Shown: positions 1 through 8,038 of the stretch, one piece after another
Layout of the letters: each line of letters starts with the position of its first letter
Position numbering within the stretch: the first letter of the stretch is position 1
From: Acidobacteriota bacterium
GTDB taxonomy: Bacteria; Acidobacteriota; UBA6911; RPQK01; JADFOI01
NCBI GenBank assembly: GCA_022562935.1
Contig: JADFOI010000004.1
Span: 1 to 54,232, forward strand
DNA length: 54,232 nt
Direction of reading: 5' to 3'
Notes under the pieces: model-generated
The model's input: only the letters and a program-made list of their open reading frames with translations
Databases searched by the model: none
Told to the model about the DNA's origin: nothing
Translations under genes and position numbers: made by a program

Positions 1-537
1 AATGACCGTGCGGGACGGGGGAGCGCAGCCGCTGGCCGCGGGGACAGCGCCCGCGGGTGCGGGCCATGTTGGTGGCAGTCCACGTCTCGTCGAGGAACAC
101 CAGCCGGTCCGGGTCGAGATCGGGCTGGCTCTCGAACCACGCTTCCCGGGCGGCCTTCACGTCCGGCCGATCCTGCTCTGCGGCGTGGGCCGTCTTTTTT
201 TGTACGTCAGGTCGCGCGCGTCGAGGAAGGCCCACAGCGTGCCGAGCCCGACGGTGAGGCCATGCTCGTCCTGCAACCGGGCGCGCATCTCCTCCAGGGT
301 GATGTCAACCTTCTCGTCGATCAGCGTACGCAGGAACGTCTCGTAGGGGTCGAGCTTGGAGCGGCGGGCACGCCCCTGCGGCCGGGCGGCCACCGTCCCA
401 GTCGCGGCGAGCGCCGCCATCCAGCGGATCGCGGTTGCTTGGCCGACCCCGAAGCGGGCGGCCGCCTGACGGCGCGAGGTCGCCGCAGCCGCGGTCACCA
501 CCCGCTCGCGCAGGTCCAAGCTGTAGGGGCGGCCCAT
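1..537 (-). CDS. IS630 transposase (orfA 157..537 plus -1 frameshifted orfB; partial)
   Basis: orfA begins MGRPYSLDLRERVV...RRQAAARFGVG. A slippery AAAAAAAG lies at 194-201 (minus). The -1 frame continues KKTAHAAEQDRPDV...RLVFLDETWTATNMAR, containing the first DDE Asp. Confidence 0.9.
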
Positions 538-631
538 GCATCACTCCGGCTGTCGACCGGCCTAATGAATCAGCCTCCCAGCGCCGCGTGAACCCCACCA
601 AGCCGACTCAGCCCAAACCGAAAACGCTCTA
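1..631 (-). mobile_element. IS630-family insertion sequence, left part; truncated by the window edge
   Basis: Minus-strand end reads CTAGAGCGTTTTCGGTTT with TA at 630-631, typical of IS630 ends. It is followed by an HTH orfA and a frameshifted DDE orfB. GC is visibly higher than in the rest of the window. Confidence 0.9.
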
Positions 632-911
632 GTACCCGGGCCGTCCGGTCTGCTCCGCGCCCAATCCGTACGGTTCCTCTGCCACGTCGAGCGACGCGCG
701 TACGTTGACCCGTACGGGGACGAGCACGTTCGGCGGGTCGGGGTTCGTGAGGAGGCCCACGCCATTCCCGGAGGCTGGGGAATGGCAGACGTGGGTGGCC
801 TAGGTGGCTTTCGTATTTGATCCGGTATCGGCCAGGATCGCGTCGCCGATCATGTTCTGGTGCAGGTACGTCACCTGGGACGAGCCGGCGGCGATGGACC
901 GGGTGCACCAG

Positions 912-1574
912 GTCATCGCCGAAGGGGCCGACGGCTGCAAGCTGCATCGAAGCATCCCCATGGAAAAGGCCATGAACAATATAGTCATCGCCTACGCTCA
1001 AAACGGTGAGGCCATTCGCCCGGAGCAGGGATACCCTTTGCGTCTGGTCGTGCCCGGATGGGAAGGAAACACCCACGTCAAATGGCTGCGCCGCATCAAG
1101 GCCGTGGATCAACCTTATATGGGGCGGGAGGAAACCTCCAAGTACACGGATCTGATGCCCGATGGCAAGGCAAGGCAATTTACCTTCGTGATGGAGGCCA
1201 AGTCGGTGATCACCTTTCCCTCGGGAAGAGACAAACTCCCTGGCCCGGGATTCTATGAAATCACGGGACTGGCCTGGTCAGGTCGTGGCTTGATCGAATC
1301 GGTTGAGGTCTCGATCGACGGAGGTCAGTCCTGGCAGGAAGCTCAGTTCCAGGAGCCACGCCACCCCGTCGCCTTGACCCGTTTCAGGCTTCCCTGGCGA
1401 TGGGAAGGACAGGAAGTAACCCTCCGGTCGCGATGCACCGACGAAACGGGCTACGTTCAGCCCAGCCGCGAAGCGCTGATCGAGGCTCGTGGCCTGAACA
1501 CGAGATATCACTACAATGGCATCACGGCTTGGAAAGTCTCATCCGACGGCAGCGTTCAGAATGCCTATGCTTAG
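912..1574 (+). CDS. soxC: SoxC-like sulfite oxidase-family molybdoenzyme, C-terminal part (5'-truncated)
   Basis: Motifs VIAEGADG..RSIPMEKAM, YAQNGEAIRPEQGYPLRLVVPGWEGNTHVKWLRRI and GLAWSGRG. The ORF sequence upstream of ~910 (804-910) is unrelated high-GC DNA. Confidence 0.85.
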   Translation, partial: VIAEGADGCKLHRSIPMEKAMNNIVIAYAQNGEAIRPEQGYPLRLVVPGWEGNTHVKWLRRIKAVDQPYMGREETSKYTDLMPDGKARQFTFVMEAKSVITFPSGRDKLPGPGFYEITGLAWSGRGLIESVEVSIDGGQSWQEAQFQEPRHPVALTRFRLPWRWEGQEVTLRSRCTDETGYVQPSREALIEARGLNTRYHYNGITAWKVSSDGSVQNAYA

Positions 1575-1754
1575 CCCGGATTATGCATAAATTCTCTACT
1601 GCAGCGACGAAATCATCCACCATGACTACGTTCCGCTCGGTCGGCCTCCTCAACGTACTGCAGGGAGTACGTTTGCGGTGGCCTCCTGTCGCGTGCCTGG
1701 TCATGGCGGCGCCTTCGTCGCTTCGTGACAAGAACCTATGCATACTCCGGGCAA
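1571..1754 (+). repeat. MITE-like palindromic element, family 1 (copy A)
   Basis: Ends are TTAGCCCGGATTATGCATA and TATGCATACTCCGGGC. It shares core words TCTACTGCA, CCTCCTCAACGTAC..GTACGTTTGCGG and GCTTCGTGAC with the other copies. Confidence 0.85.
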
Positions 1755-1768
1755 TTCTCGCAGGGTGG

Positions 1769-2305
1769 ATGCTGGCCGCGATTGTGGCCGCATCTCCACT
1801 GATGGGGCAGTCACCCAACTATGGAGTGGGTCGATCACCCACTCCTGAGGAGATCAAGAGCTGGGACATCAGTATTGGTCCGGATGGGAAGGAACTCCCG
1901 CCTGGAGAGGGTAGGGCAATCGAAGGAAAGGAAGTCTATACCCGTCGCTGTGCGGACTGCCACGGCTCAAAAGGTCAGGGTGGTGCTCAGGGAGAAGCCC
2001 TGGTGGGTGGAGAGGGGACCTTGGACAGTACCCAACCGGTGAAGACGGTGGGCAGCTACTGGCCCTATGCTACGACGCTTTGGGACTACATCAATCGCGC
2101 CATGCCCTTTGACAGCCCCGGATCTCTGACCCACAAACAGGTCTATGCCCTTGTCGCCTACCTTCTCTATCTCAACGGCATCATCGAGGAAGAGGAAGTA
2201 CTCAATGCCCAGACCCTGCCCCAGGTCCGGATGCCCAATCGAGAAGGCTTTGTTCCCGATCCGCGGCCCGATGTGGGAACGAAGGATCAGAGCCAGATGC
2301 ATTGA
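1769..2305 (+). CDS. SoxD-like monoheme cytochrome c; start uncertain (1583 or 1769; original start probably 1567)
   Basis: CADCH heme motif; WDISIGPDG..LPPGEG; KTVGSYWPYATTLWDYINRAMPF; directly follows soxC. Confidence 0.85.
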   Translation: MLAAIVAASPLMGQSPNYGVGRSPTPEEIKSWDISIGPDGKELPPGEGRAIEGKEVYTRRCADCHGSKGQGGAQGEALVGGEGTLDSTQPVKTVGSYWPYATTLWDYINRAMPFDSPGSLTHKQVYALVAYLLYLNGIIEEEEVLNAQTLPQVRMPNREGFVPDPRPDVGTKDQSQMH

Positions 2306-2311
2306 TTTTGG

Positions 2312-4759
2312 TCAGCGGCCCACGATCTTGCGAATCGTCCTCTCATCCAAGGCGGGTGTTCGAACCGGATCGTTTCCCTGAACCACCGCCAAGACAGCAC
2401 TGTCCGTAAACAACTCCTTGATATCGGAAGGAATCCCGTCGGCTGCCAATTCACTTCCGATCCGTTCCACCATCTCCGGGTGATCGGTCAAATAGTCAGC
2501 CAGAAGGGGCCACCTCAACTCCATGAGGGTCCACAACGCCAAGGGCCCTGTTTCCATATCGCTGCCCTCCAGAAGAGCGATCGCCTTTCGGAACGTATAA
2601 GCGTTGATAAATCTCTTCATGGAACGAGGGTTGGGATCCAGCAAATCGACGAAGGGGTGCAAAAGATGCTCGCTCTTCTTGCCGGCAGCAGGTTTCATGA
2701 TTCGCTTGGCAGCGACACCCAGCAAGGCCTGCTGAACCAGAAGGTCGCCTCTATAGTCGTGAACCTTAAACAAGATCTTCTCTTCGTCGCTCTCCCTACC
2801 CAGGATCTTCTCGGCTTCCTTTTCCGCACGGCGAAGCTCAGTTTCTACTTTTTTCGGGCTCTTGGAGGCCTTCATTTCTGTGAGCCGATCCCAGTATCGC
2901 CTCTGGGTGGCAACGGGCATCCTGGGCACCGGAACTGAGATTTGGAACATCTTCTCAAGGAACAGATGGGAAAGAGGATGTCCCGCCTGGCCGATCGATC
3001 CGTTGAATTCTCCATAGGATTGTTCATAACTGGCTCGCAGCCATTTCCGGTCTGCGGCAACCACGAAGACGACTTTGGACTCATGAAAGAAGGTCTGAAT
3101 TTCCTGCAGGAGCTCGACCACATAGCTCCCTTCGCAGCGGTCCAGATCGTCGATAAAGACGGCACAGGGCTGACAAGCGCCTTGGACCATTTTCTTGAAA
3201 TGCCGAACAATCATGGGCACGGAATCCCGGTGATGCTCCATAAAGATCCTGGCCGAGCGACTGGATCCCATGAGCCAAAAGCGACTGAACAGGACACCCG
3301 CGCCCCAGAGTGTCATCAATCCGGCCAGGGTCCTGAGTAGGGTCTCAACATTCCCCTCCAGGTCCGCTTCGGTCATGAACCAGATGCCCCAGAGAATCAG
3401 GGCCCCTGTTAGAATCTGAAAAGCCCGACCGGCCTGGAAACGCCACCAGCGGTCACGGATCACCAGCCGCAGGGCACGAAAGAAGCTGATCTTTCTGAGT
3501 GCGCGGAACCTTTGCCGGTAGACAGCGTTGAGCAAAGCCCACCAGGGAGGACCCATCCCCTGATAGCGCCAGGCGTTGAAGTCAACCACCATCCACTTTT
3601 GCCCCAGTCCACCGGATACAAGCTCCTGGCGCAAGAAGTTGAGCAGCGAGGTTTTTCCCGAACCCCAGGGGCCGTGGATCAATACTCCAAAGGCCTCTCC
3701 AGGCATCTCTTCCGTCCTGGGAGAGGCGGTCCATTGGTTCTTCTTGGGCCTGGCCCAAACCTCATGGATTCGCTCCGCTAGGATCTGGGCAAAGGGTCTG
3801 CTTCCCAATTCATCAATCTCCGTCGGATGATCCGAATGGGTGGGAACCAGGTCGGTGGGAGTCCCCTGGAAGGTCTCCGGAACTATGGGTTTTGCTGCCT
3901 TCCCCGTGTCGGGAGTCTCGGCAAAGGGCTCCTCTTCCATGCTCGGTTGCGGTACTACCGGTTCTGGTTCAGTAGCAGGGGGCTCTTCCAGAGTCAGTAC
4001 CGGTTCCAGGTTCTCGGCAACGGCTTGCTCTTGTGGGATCTCTTCCCGTTCAAGGGTGGCAACGGCTGACCGCTCCGGTGCTGTGAATGCCGGTTCCAGG
4101 GTTTGGTCAGCGGAGGGCTCCAGTGTTGCAGTCTCTTCAGAGGTTTCGGTGGCCGACTGCTCCTGGTCCCCGACCGGTTCGTCCCCGGTGTCCGCCGGTG
4201 CAATGGTCTCCTGCGGGGATGGTTCGTGCTGGGCATCCCCATCCAGGACGGCTGAACTCAACTGTTGCGGGGTCAGATTTGACGCATCCGCCAGCAGGGT
4301 CCCCGTCAAATCCGCTCCACTGAGAGTCGCTTCCATCAGGTTGGTCCCTTTGAACATCGCCTCTCTTATCTTGGCCTGAGTCAGGTCGGCTCCATTCAGG
4401 TTGGCCTCACTGAGGTCCGTCTCATTGAGCATGGCCTGGCTCAGATTGGCTCCCTGGAGGTTCGCTCCCATGAGCTTCGCTCCCGTGAGGTTGGCCTTCG
4501 TGAGATTGGCTTCGCTCAGGTCTGCCTCGCAGAAGTTCACTCCCATAAAGTTTCCCTGGCTCAGGTCGGCTCCTTTTAGATTGGCGCCCATGAGATTCGC
4601 TTCGCTCAGGTCCGCCCCGCTCAGATTGGCGTCTCGGAGATCCATCTTCATGAGCTCCGCCTGGTAGAGGTTGGGACACTCATCAGGATGTTTCTTCCTC
4701 CATTTATTCCAGGCCTTCCTACCTTTCTGTAGGATCTTCAGATGTTCCGGTTTGGCCAT
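2312..4759 (-). CDS. Pentapeptide-repeat / KAP-family P-loop NTPase fusion
   Basis: N-terminal A(N/D)LxxA pentapeptide repeats, then an acidic Pro/Glu linker. Walker A GPWGSGKTS, FNAW motif, two TM helices inside the NTPase, Walker B VFIDDLDRC, FLEKMFQ and NPRSMKRFIN follow. Confidence 0.9.
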   Translation of the reverse strand: MAKPEHLKILQKGRKAWNKWRKKHPDECPNLYQAELMKMDLRDANLSGADLSEANLMGANLKGADLSQGNFMGVNFCEADLSEANLTKANLTGAKLMGANLQGANLSQAMLNETDLSEANLNGADLTQAKIREAMFKGTNLMEATLSGADLTGTLLADASNLTPQQLSSAVLDGDAQHEPSPQETIAPADTGDEPVGDQEQSATETSEETATLEPSADQTLEPAFTAPERSAVATLEREEIPQEQAVAENLEPVLTLEEPPATEPEPVVPQPSMEEEPFAETPDTGKAAKPIVPETFQGTPTDLVPTHSDHPTEIDELGSRPFAQILAERIHEVWARPKKNQWTASPRTEEMPGEAFGVLIHGPWGSGKTSLLNFLRQELVSGGLGQKWMVVDFNAWRYQGMGPPWWALLNAVYRQRFRALRKISFFRALRLVIRDRWWRFQAGRAFQILTGALILWGIWFMTEADLEGNVETLLRTLAGLMTLWGAGVLFSRFWLMGSSRSARIFMEHHRDSVPMIVRHFKKMVQGACQPCAVFIDDLDRCEGSYVVELLQEIQTFFHESKVVFVVAADRKWLRASYEQSYGEFNGSIGQAGHPLSHLFLEKMFQISVPVPRMPVATQRRYWDRLTEMKASKSPKKVETELRRAEKEAEKILGRESDEEKILFKVHDYRGDLLVQQALLGVAAKRIMKPAAGKKSEHLLHPFVDLLDPNPRSMKRFINAYTFRKAIALLEGSDMETGPLALWTLMELRWPLLADYLTDHPEMVERIGSELAADGIPSDIKELFTDSAVLAVVQGNDPVRTPALDERTIRKIVGR

Positions 4760-4887
4760 TTTGTTGAACCTTTCAAGCTCACGACTGGGGCAACACATCC
4801 TGCCAGCCAAGGGAGAGCAACTCTCTCAGTGCTAAGTTCTCATTTCAGTGTCCTCTATCTGAGGAAAGCCTTTCAACCTAGGGCGCC

Positions 4888-4916
4888 TTGCTGGCCTTCA
4901 CCTTCCCCGCTATAAT
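4888..4916 (+). promoter_or_regulatory. sigma70-type promoter for the DinB-family gene
   Basis: TTGCTG-17 bp-TATAAT upstream of a gene with a GGAGG ribosome-binding site. Confidence 0.55.
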
Positions 4917-4983
4917 CCTCAAATTAGAAGAAAAGAAAGAGTCCCCGAATGGACTTTCCTATTAACCCGTTGGAGGAGAATAA

Positions 4984-5532
4984 ATGACCTACTACGGAGC
5001 AAAAGAGTTGAGCGAGAGTTTCCGGACGGTCCGGAAGAACACCATCATCACCGCCGAGGATATTCCTGAGGATCAGTACAACTTTCAGGCGACTCCCGAC
5101 ACGGACAGCGTGGCCCGGCGGCTGGCTCACATCGCGGTTGTCTTCAACTTCCAGCACCAGATCCATGCCGTTGAGGCCCGGACGACTCTGGAGGGCTTTG
5201 ACTTTCCCTCACTCATGCAGCGCCTGAAGGCTGAAGAGGAGCAGCCCAGAAGCAAGGAAGAGATCATCGAACTGCTGCGCAACAATGGAGAGAAGTGGGC
5301 CCAATGGCTGGAAGGACTCTCTGAGGAATTCCTGGCGGAACGTGTGGGCATGCCACACGGTGGCCCTCCTCCTGACAAGAGCCGGTTCGAAATGATCCTT
5401 TCCGTGAAAGAGCACGAAATGCATCATCGGGGCCAGCTGATGCTGATCCAGCGAATGCTGAAAATCGTGCCTCACCTAACGCGTAATATGGAGGCCCGTC
5501 TGGCCCAGATGCAGGATGCAGCGAAAGCTTAG
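4984..5532 (+). CDS. DinB/YfiT family protein
   Basis: GGAGGAG RBS; LAHI and HEMHHRGQL metal-binding motifs. Confidence 0.88.
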   Translation: MTYYGAKELSESFRTVRKNTIITAEDIPEDQYNFQATPDTDSVARRLAHIAVVFNFQHQIHAVEARTTLEGFDFPSLMQRLKAEEEQPRSKEEIIELLRNNGEKWAQWLEGLSEEFLAERVGMPHGGPPPDKSRFEMILSVKEHEMHHRGQLMLIQRMLKIVPHLTRNMEARLAQMQDAAKA

Positions 5533-5587
5533 AGCGGCTCGCCATGAGTGCTCCGGTGAGGATAGGACCCACTCGCGCTAAGACGCA

Positions 5588-5669
5588 GTCAGAGCCGTGG
5601 GCTTTAGCCCACGGGGTGCCCGTAGGGGGTGGCTCGAATGGCCCGCAGGCTAAAGCCTGCGGCTCTGAC
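5588..5669. repeat. REPIN/BIME-like inverted doublet of REP hairpins between convergent genes
   Basis: GTCAGAGCCGTGGGCTTTAGCCCACGGG and the inverted CCCGCAGGCTAAAGCCTGCGGCTCTGAC; each unit is itself a hairpin. Confidence 0.75.
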
Positions 5670-5692
5670 GGAGTAACCAGGAATAATCCGGG

Positions 5693-6643
5693 CTACTCCA
5701 GTAGACCCACCTCTTTGAAGTACCGTTCCGCCCCTTTATGGAAGGGAACCACGGGTCCGAGGACCGCCATTTCCGAGTTGAAGGCCTGCATCGAGGGATG
5801 GATTGCCTGAACCTCACCCACGTGCTCCAGGATGGCCTTGGTGATCTGATAGACCAACTCTTCGGAGATTTCCTCACGCACAAGGATGACGCTGGAGGTG
5901 GCCAGGGTAGGCACATCTTCACTCAAGCCGTAAACGTCCTTGGCAATGGTTCCGGATACGAAGTAGGGATATTTCTCAATAACCTTCTTCCTGTTTTCCT
6001 CGCTCATGGGCAGCATTCGAAATTTGTTGGTGACGGCAAACTCCAGGAGAGAGGGGGCGGGTGGGGCCATATAGAGAACCGAAGCATCCACCCGACGGTC
6101 ACCCAGGGACTGAAGTGAATCCCGAAAGGGTAAATAGATGGGAGTAAAGTCCTCGAAGGATATTCCCATCTCCTGATACACCTCTCTCTGTCTGGGAATC
6201 GCTCCATGCCCCGGAGGGCCCAACACCACTCTTTGTCCCTTGATGTCCTCAACCGACTGCAGGGAGGAGTTCTCGAGCACGACCATCTGAAGATAACCCA
6301 GCTGGAAGGTGGCTATGAGAGTACGGATGTTGGGAAAAGACTGCTTGTAGGGCGCCTCTCCCCGGTAACCGTTTAAAGCGGTGGCGGCAATCGAGAGACC
6401 TATGTCGGCTTGATCGGTGCCCAGAAGACGAACGTTCTGAACGCCTCCCTCCGTAGACTCGACATTGACTCGGATACCGGGAACGTATTTGTTGATGACA
6501 TTCCCAACCACCCCGCCAATGGGATGCCAACTACCCCCGCTTGGGCCGGCGGCAATGCTCAATAAGGTCTCCCTTTCCCCACAGGTATTCAAGAAGACCA
6601 GGGCAAACGCGACAACGATGATCTGCGTCACTGCTTTTTTCAT
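5693..6643 (-). CDS. TAXI-family TRAP transporter solute-binding lipoprotein
   Basis: MKK plus hydrophobic stretch plus FLNTC lipobox-like signal; AAGPSGGSWHPIG, STEGGVQNV and PFHKGAERYFKE motifs. The ORF-track extension to 6922 runs through a repeat. Confidence 0.9.
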   Translation of the reverse strand: MKKAVTQIIVVAFALVFLNTCGERETLLSIAAGPSGGSWHPIGGVVGNVINKYVPGIRVNVESTEGGVQNVRLLGTDQADIGLSIAATALNGYRGEAPYKQSFPNIRTLIATFQLGYLQMVVLENSSLQSVEDIKGQRVVLGPPGHGAIPRQREVYQEMGISFEDFTPIYLPFRDSLQSLGDRRVDASVLYMAPPAPSLLEFAVTNKFRMLPMSEENRKKVIEKYPYFVSGTIAKDVYGLSEDVPTLATSSVILVREEISEELVYQITKAILEHVGEVQAIHPSMQAFNSEMAVLGPVVPFHKGAERYFKEVGLLE

Positions 6644-6735
6644 CACTTGGCTAGGCCCTTTCGACTCACGGAACCACCTATTATAGAGCGCGTCGCAAGG
6701 GATTCCCAATCTTTGTTTTTCCGAAAGGGGCAGGG

Positions 6736-6973
6736 CCAGCCCGTACTTCTCACACCTACTCGTCACGAAGCGGGCGCGCCCGGCGGAAGGGCCGCCCTGA
6801 GTGCGTTGCGCCACGCGCGAGGGCACCCGTTTGCGGGTCGGCCCCCGCAAACGTACTGTATGGTACGTTGAGGAGGCCGGGGGTACCCGCTTGCGGGTCG
6901 TGCAACACAGTCGGTGCAGCACGCCGGATCATTGCGCCGATGCAGTAGAGGGGGTGTGAGAAATGCGGGCTAG
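6736..6973 (-). repeat. MITE-like element, family 1 (copy B)
   Basis: Ends are CCAGCCCGTACTTCTCACACC and GGTGTGAGAAATGCGGGCTAG; nearly identical to 13408-13635. Confidence 0.9.
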
Positions 6974-6993
6974 CTGAGCGGTACCCCTGATTT

Positions 6994-7036
6994 GGTGACC
7001 TACGTCACTGTAAAGCAGCCCGGATGCTACTAAAAT
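6994..7036 (+). promoter_or_regulatory. Putative CRP/FNR-family class II promoter
   Basis: GGTGA-N6-TCACT at 6994-7009 and a -10-like TAAAAT at 7031-7036. The site centre falls at -41.5 from the implied +1. Confidence 0.5.
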
Positions 7037-7158
7037 CGTCTCAATGAAGGAGAGGAATAAATCTCTGAAGACAGAGATAGATGTTAAAAGAGAGTAGGGT
7101 GAATCCTCAATGAGTGGTTCGCTTTCGTTTTAAGAGTTTTTAAAAGGGGGTATGACCT

Positions 7159-7803
7159 ATGATGAAAAGAAAAACGCTTCTGTTTGTCTTGGCGCTTGCT
7201 TTTTTGAGTCTAACCAGTCTATTGGCCCAGACCTCGGATTACGAGGTGACCAACGCCGTCGTGACCACCAAAATCACCAATCGGATGCCGGAGGTACAGA
7301 CAGCAAATAACACGTTCGCCTCTACCGTCGAAAGGCTCTTCTACTTTACGAAGATCGAGCAGGCTACGGAGCCCACTTCCATTCTCCATCAGTGGTACTG
7401 GCAGAGCGAATTGCTCGCCACCGTTGAACTCGATGTCGACTCCGATGCCTGGAGAACGTGGAGTTCAAAGAGAATTATGCCTCACCAAACTGGGAAATGG
7501 ACGGTCGTCTCGAAAAGGCCTGACGGTAGCACTGCTCAAACCACTTCCTTTTCTCTTGAGCATAATGCCAGGACCGTCGAACTGGAAATTCAAAGCATTC
7601 CTGGCGATGCGATCGTCTATGACGGTAGTAACATCCTGGGAAGCACGGGCGAAAATGGCCTCAATGTGGTGAGGTTCTGGAATGTGGGAAACTACACACT
7701 GGATGTTACCAAGGCCGGCTATGAGTCCGGGTCCATCAGGATCAATGTTAACGAAGAACCCACCCGCGTGCATGAAATGATCACGCTGAAAAGGCAGGAG
7801 TAA
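7159..7803 (+). CDS. Secreted DUF2914-like protein with C-terminal PEGA-like domain
   Basis: Signal peptide; LFYFTKI..HQWY..WRTWSSKRI..GKWTV; then IQSIPGDAIVY..GNYTLDVTKAGY. Confidence 0.75.
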   Translation: MMKRKTLLFVLALAFLSLTSLLAQTSDYEVTNAVVTTKITNRMPEVQTANNTFASTVERLFYFTKIEQATEPTSILHQWYWQSELLATVELDVDSDAWRTWSSKRIMPHQTGKWTVVSKRPDGSTAQTTSFSLEHNARTVELEIQSIPGDAIVYDGSNILGSTGENGLNVVRFWNVGNYTLDVTKAGYESGSIRINVNEEPTRVHEMITLKRQE

Positions 7804-7865
7804 CCCGTTTTCCGGCCGTCCCAGTGAACGGAAAACACTGCCAGGGATTTTACAGATACCTTGTT

Positions 7866-7929
7866 CTAGCCCGGGTTATTCATAGGTCTTTGCTGCTGCA
7901 GTAGAGAATTTTTGAATACTCCCGGCTCG
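7866..7929 (-). repeat. Internally deleted family-1 element (copy C)
   Basis: CTAGCCCGGGTTATTCATAGG...TGCAGTAGAGAATTTTTGAATACTCCCGGCT retains both ends and the TCTACTGCA word. Confidence 0.75.
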
Positions 7930-8038
7930 GGCACCACCCTCCTGTTGTCAGACCATCTCTCCAGAATCCAATGGAGGTGCTGTCTTTATTAGACGGCATG
8001 ATCCGCCAACCTAGAAGAATGTTAGGAGAACCCGATCG

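Noticed and set aside
804-911. N-terminus of the 256-aa ORF as part of SoxC
   Set aside because: It has no SoxC-like sequence and a different composition; this is a fortuitous in-frame fusion.
6644-6922. Long N-terminal extensions of the TAXI, serine hydrolase, Omp85 and MinD ORFs
   Set aside because: They are translations of repeat elements. Signal peptides or domain starts indicate downstream start codons, and GC-rich repeats are often stop-free by chance.
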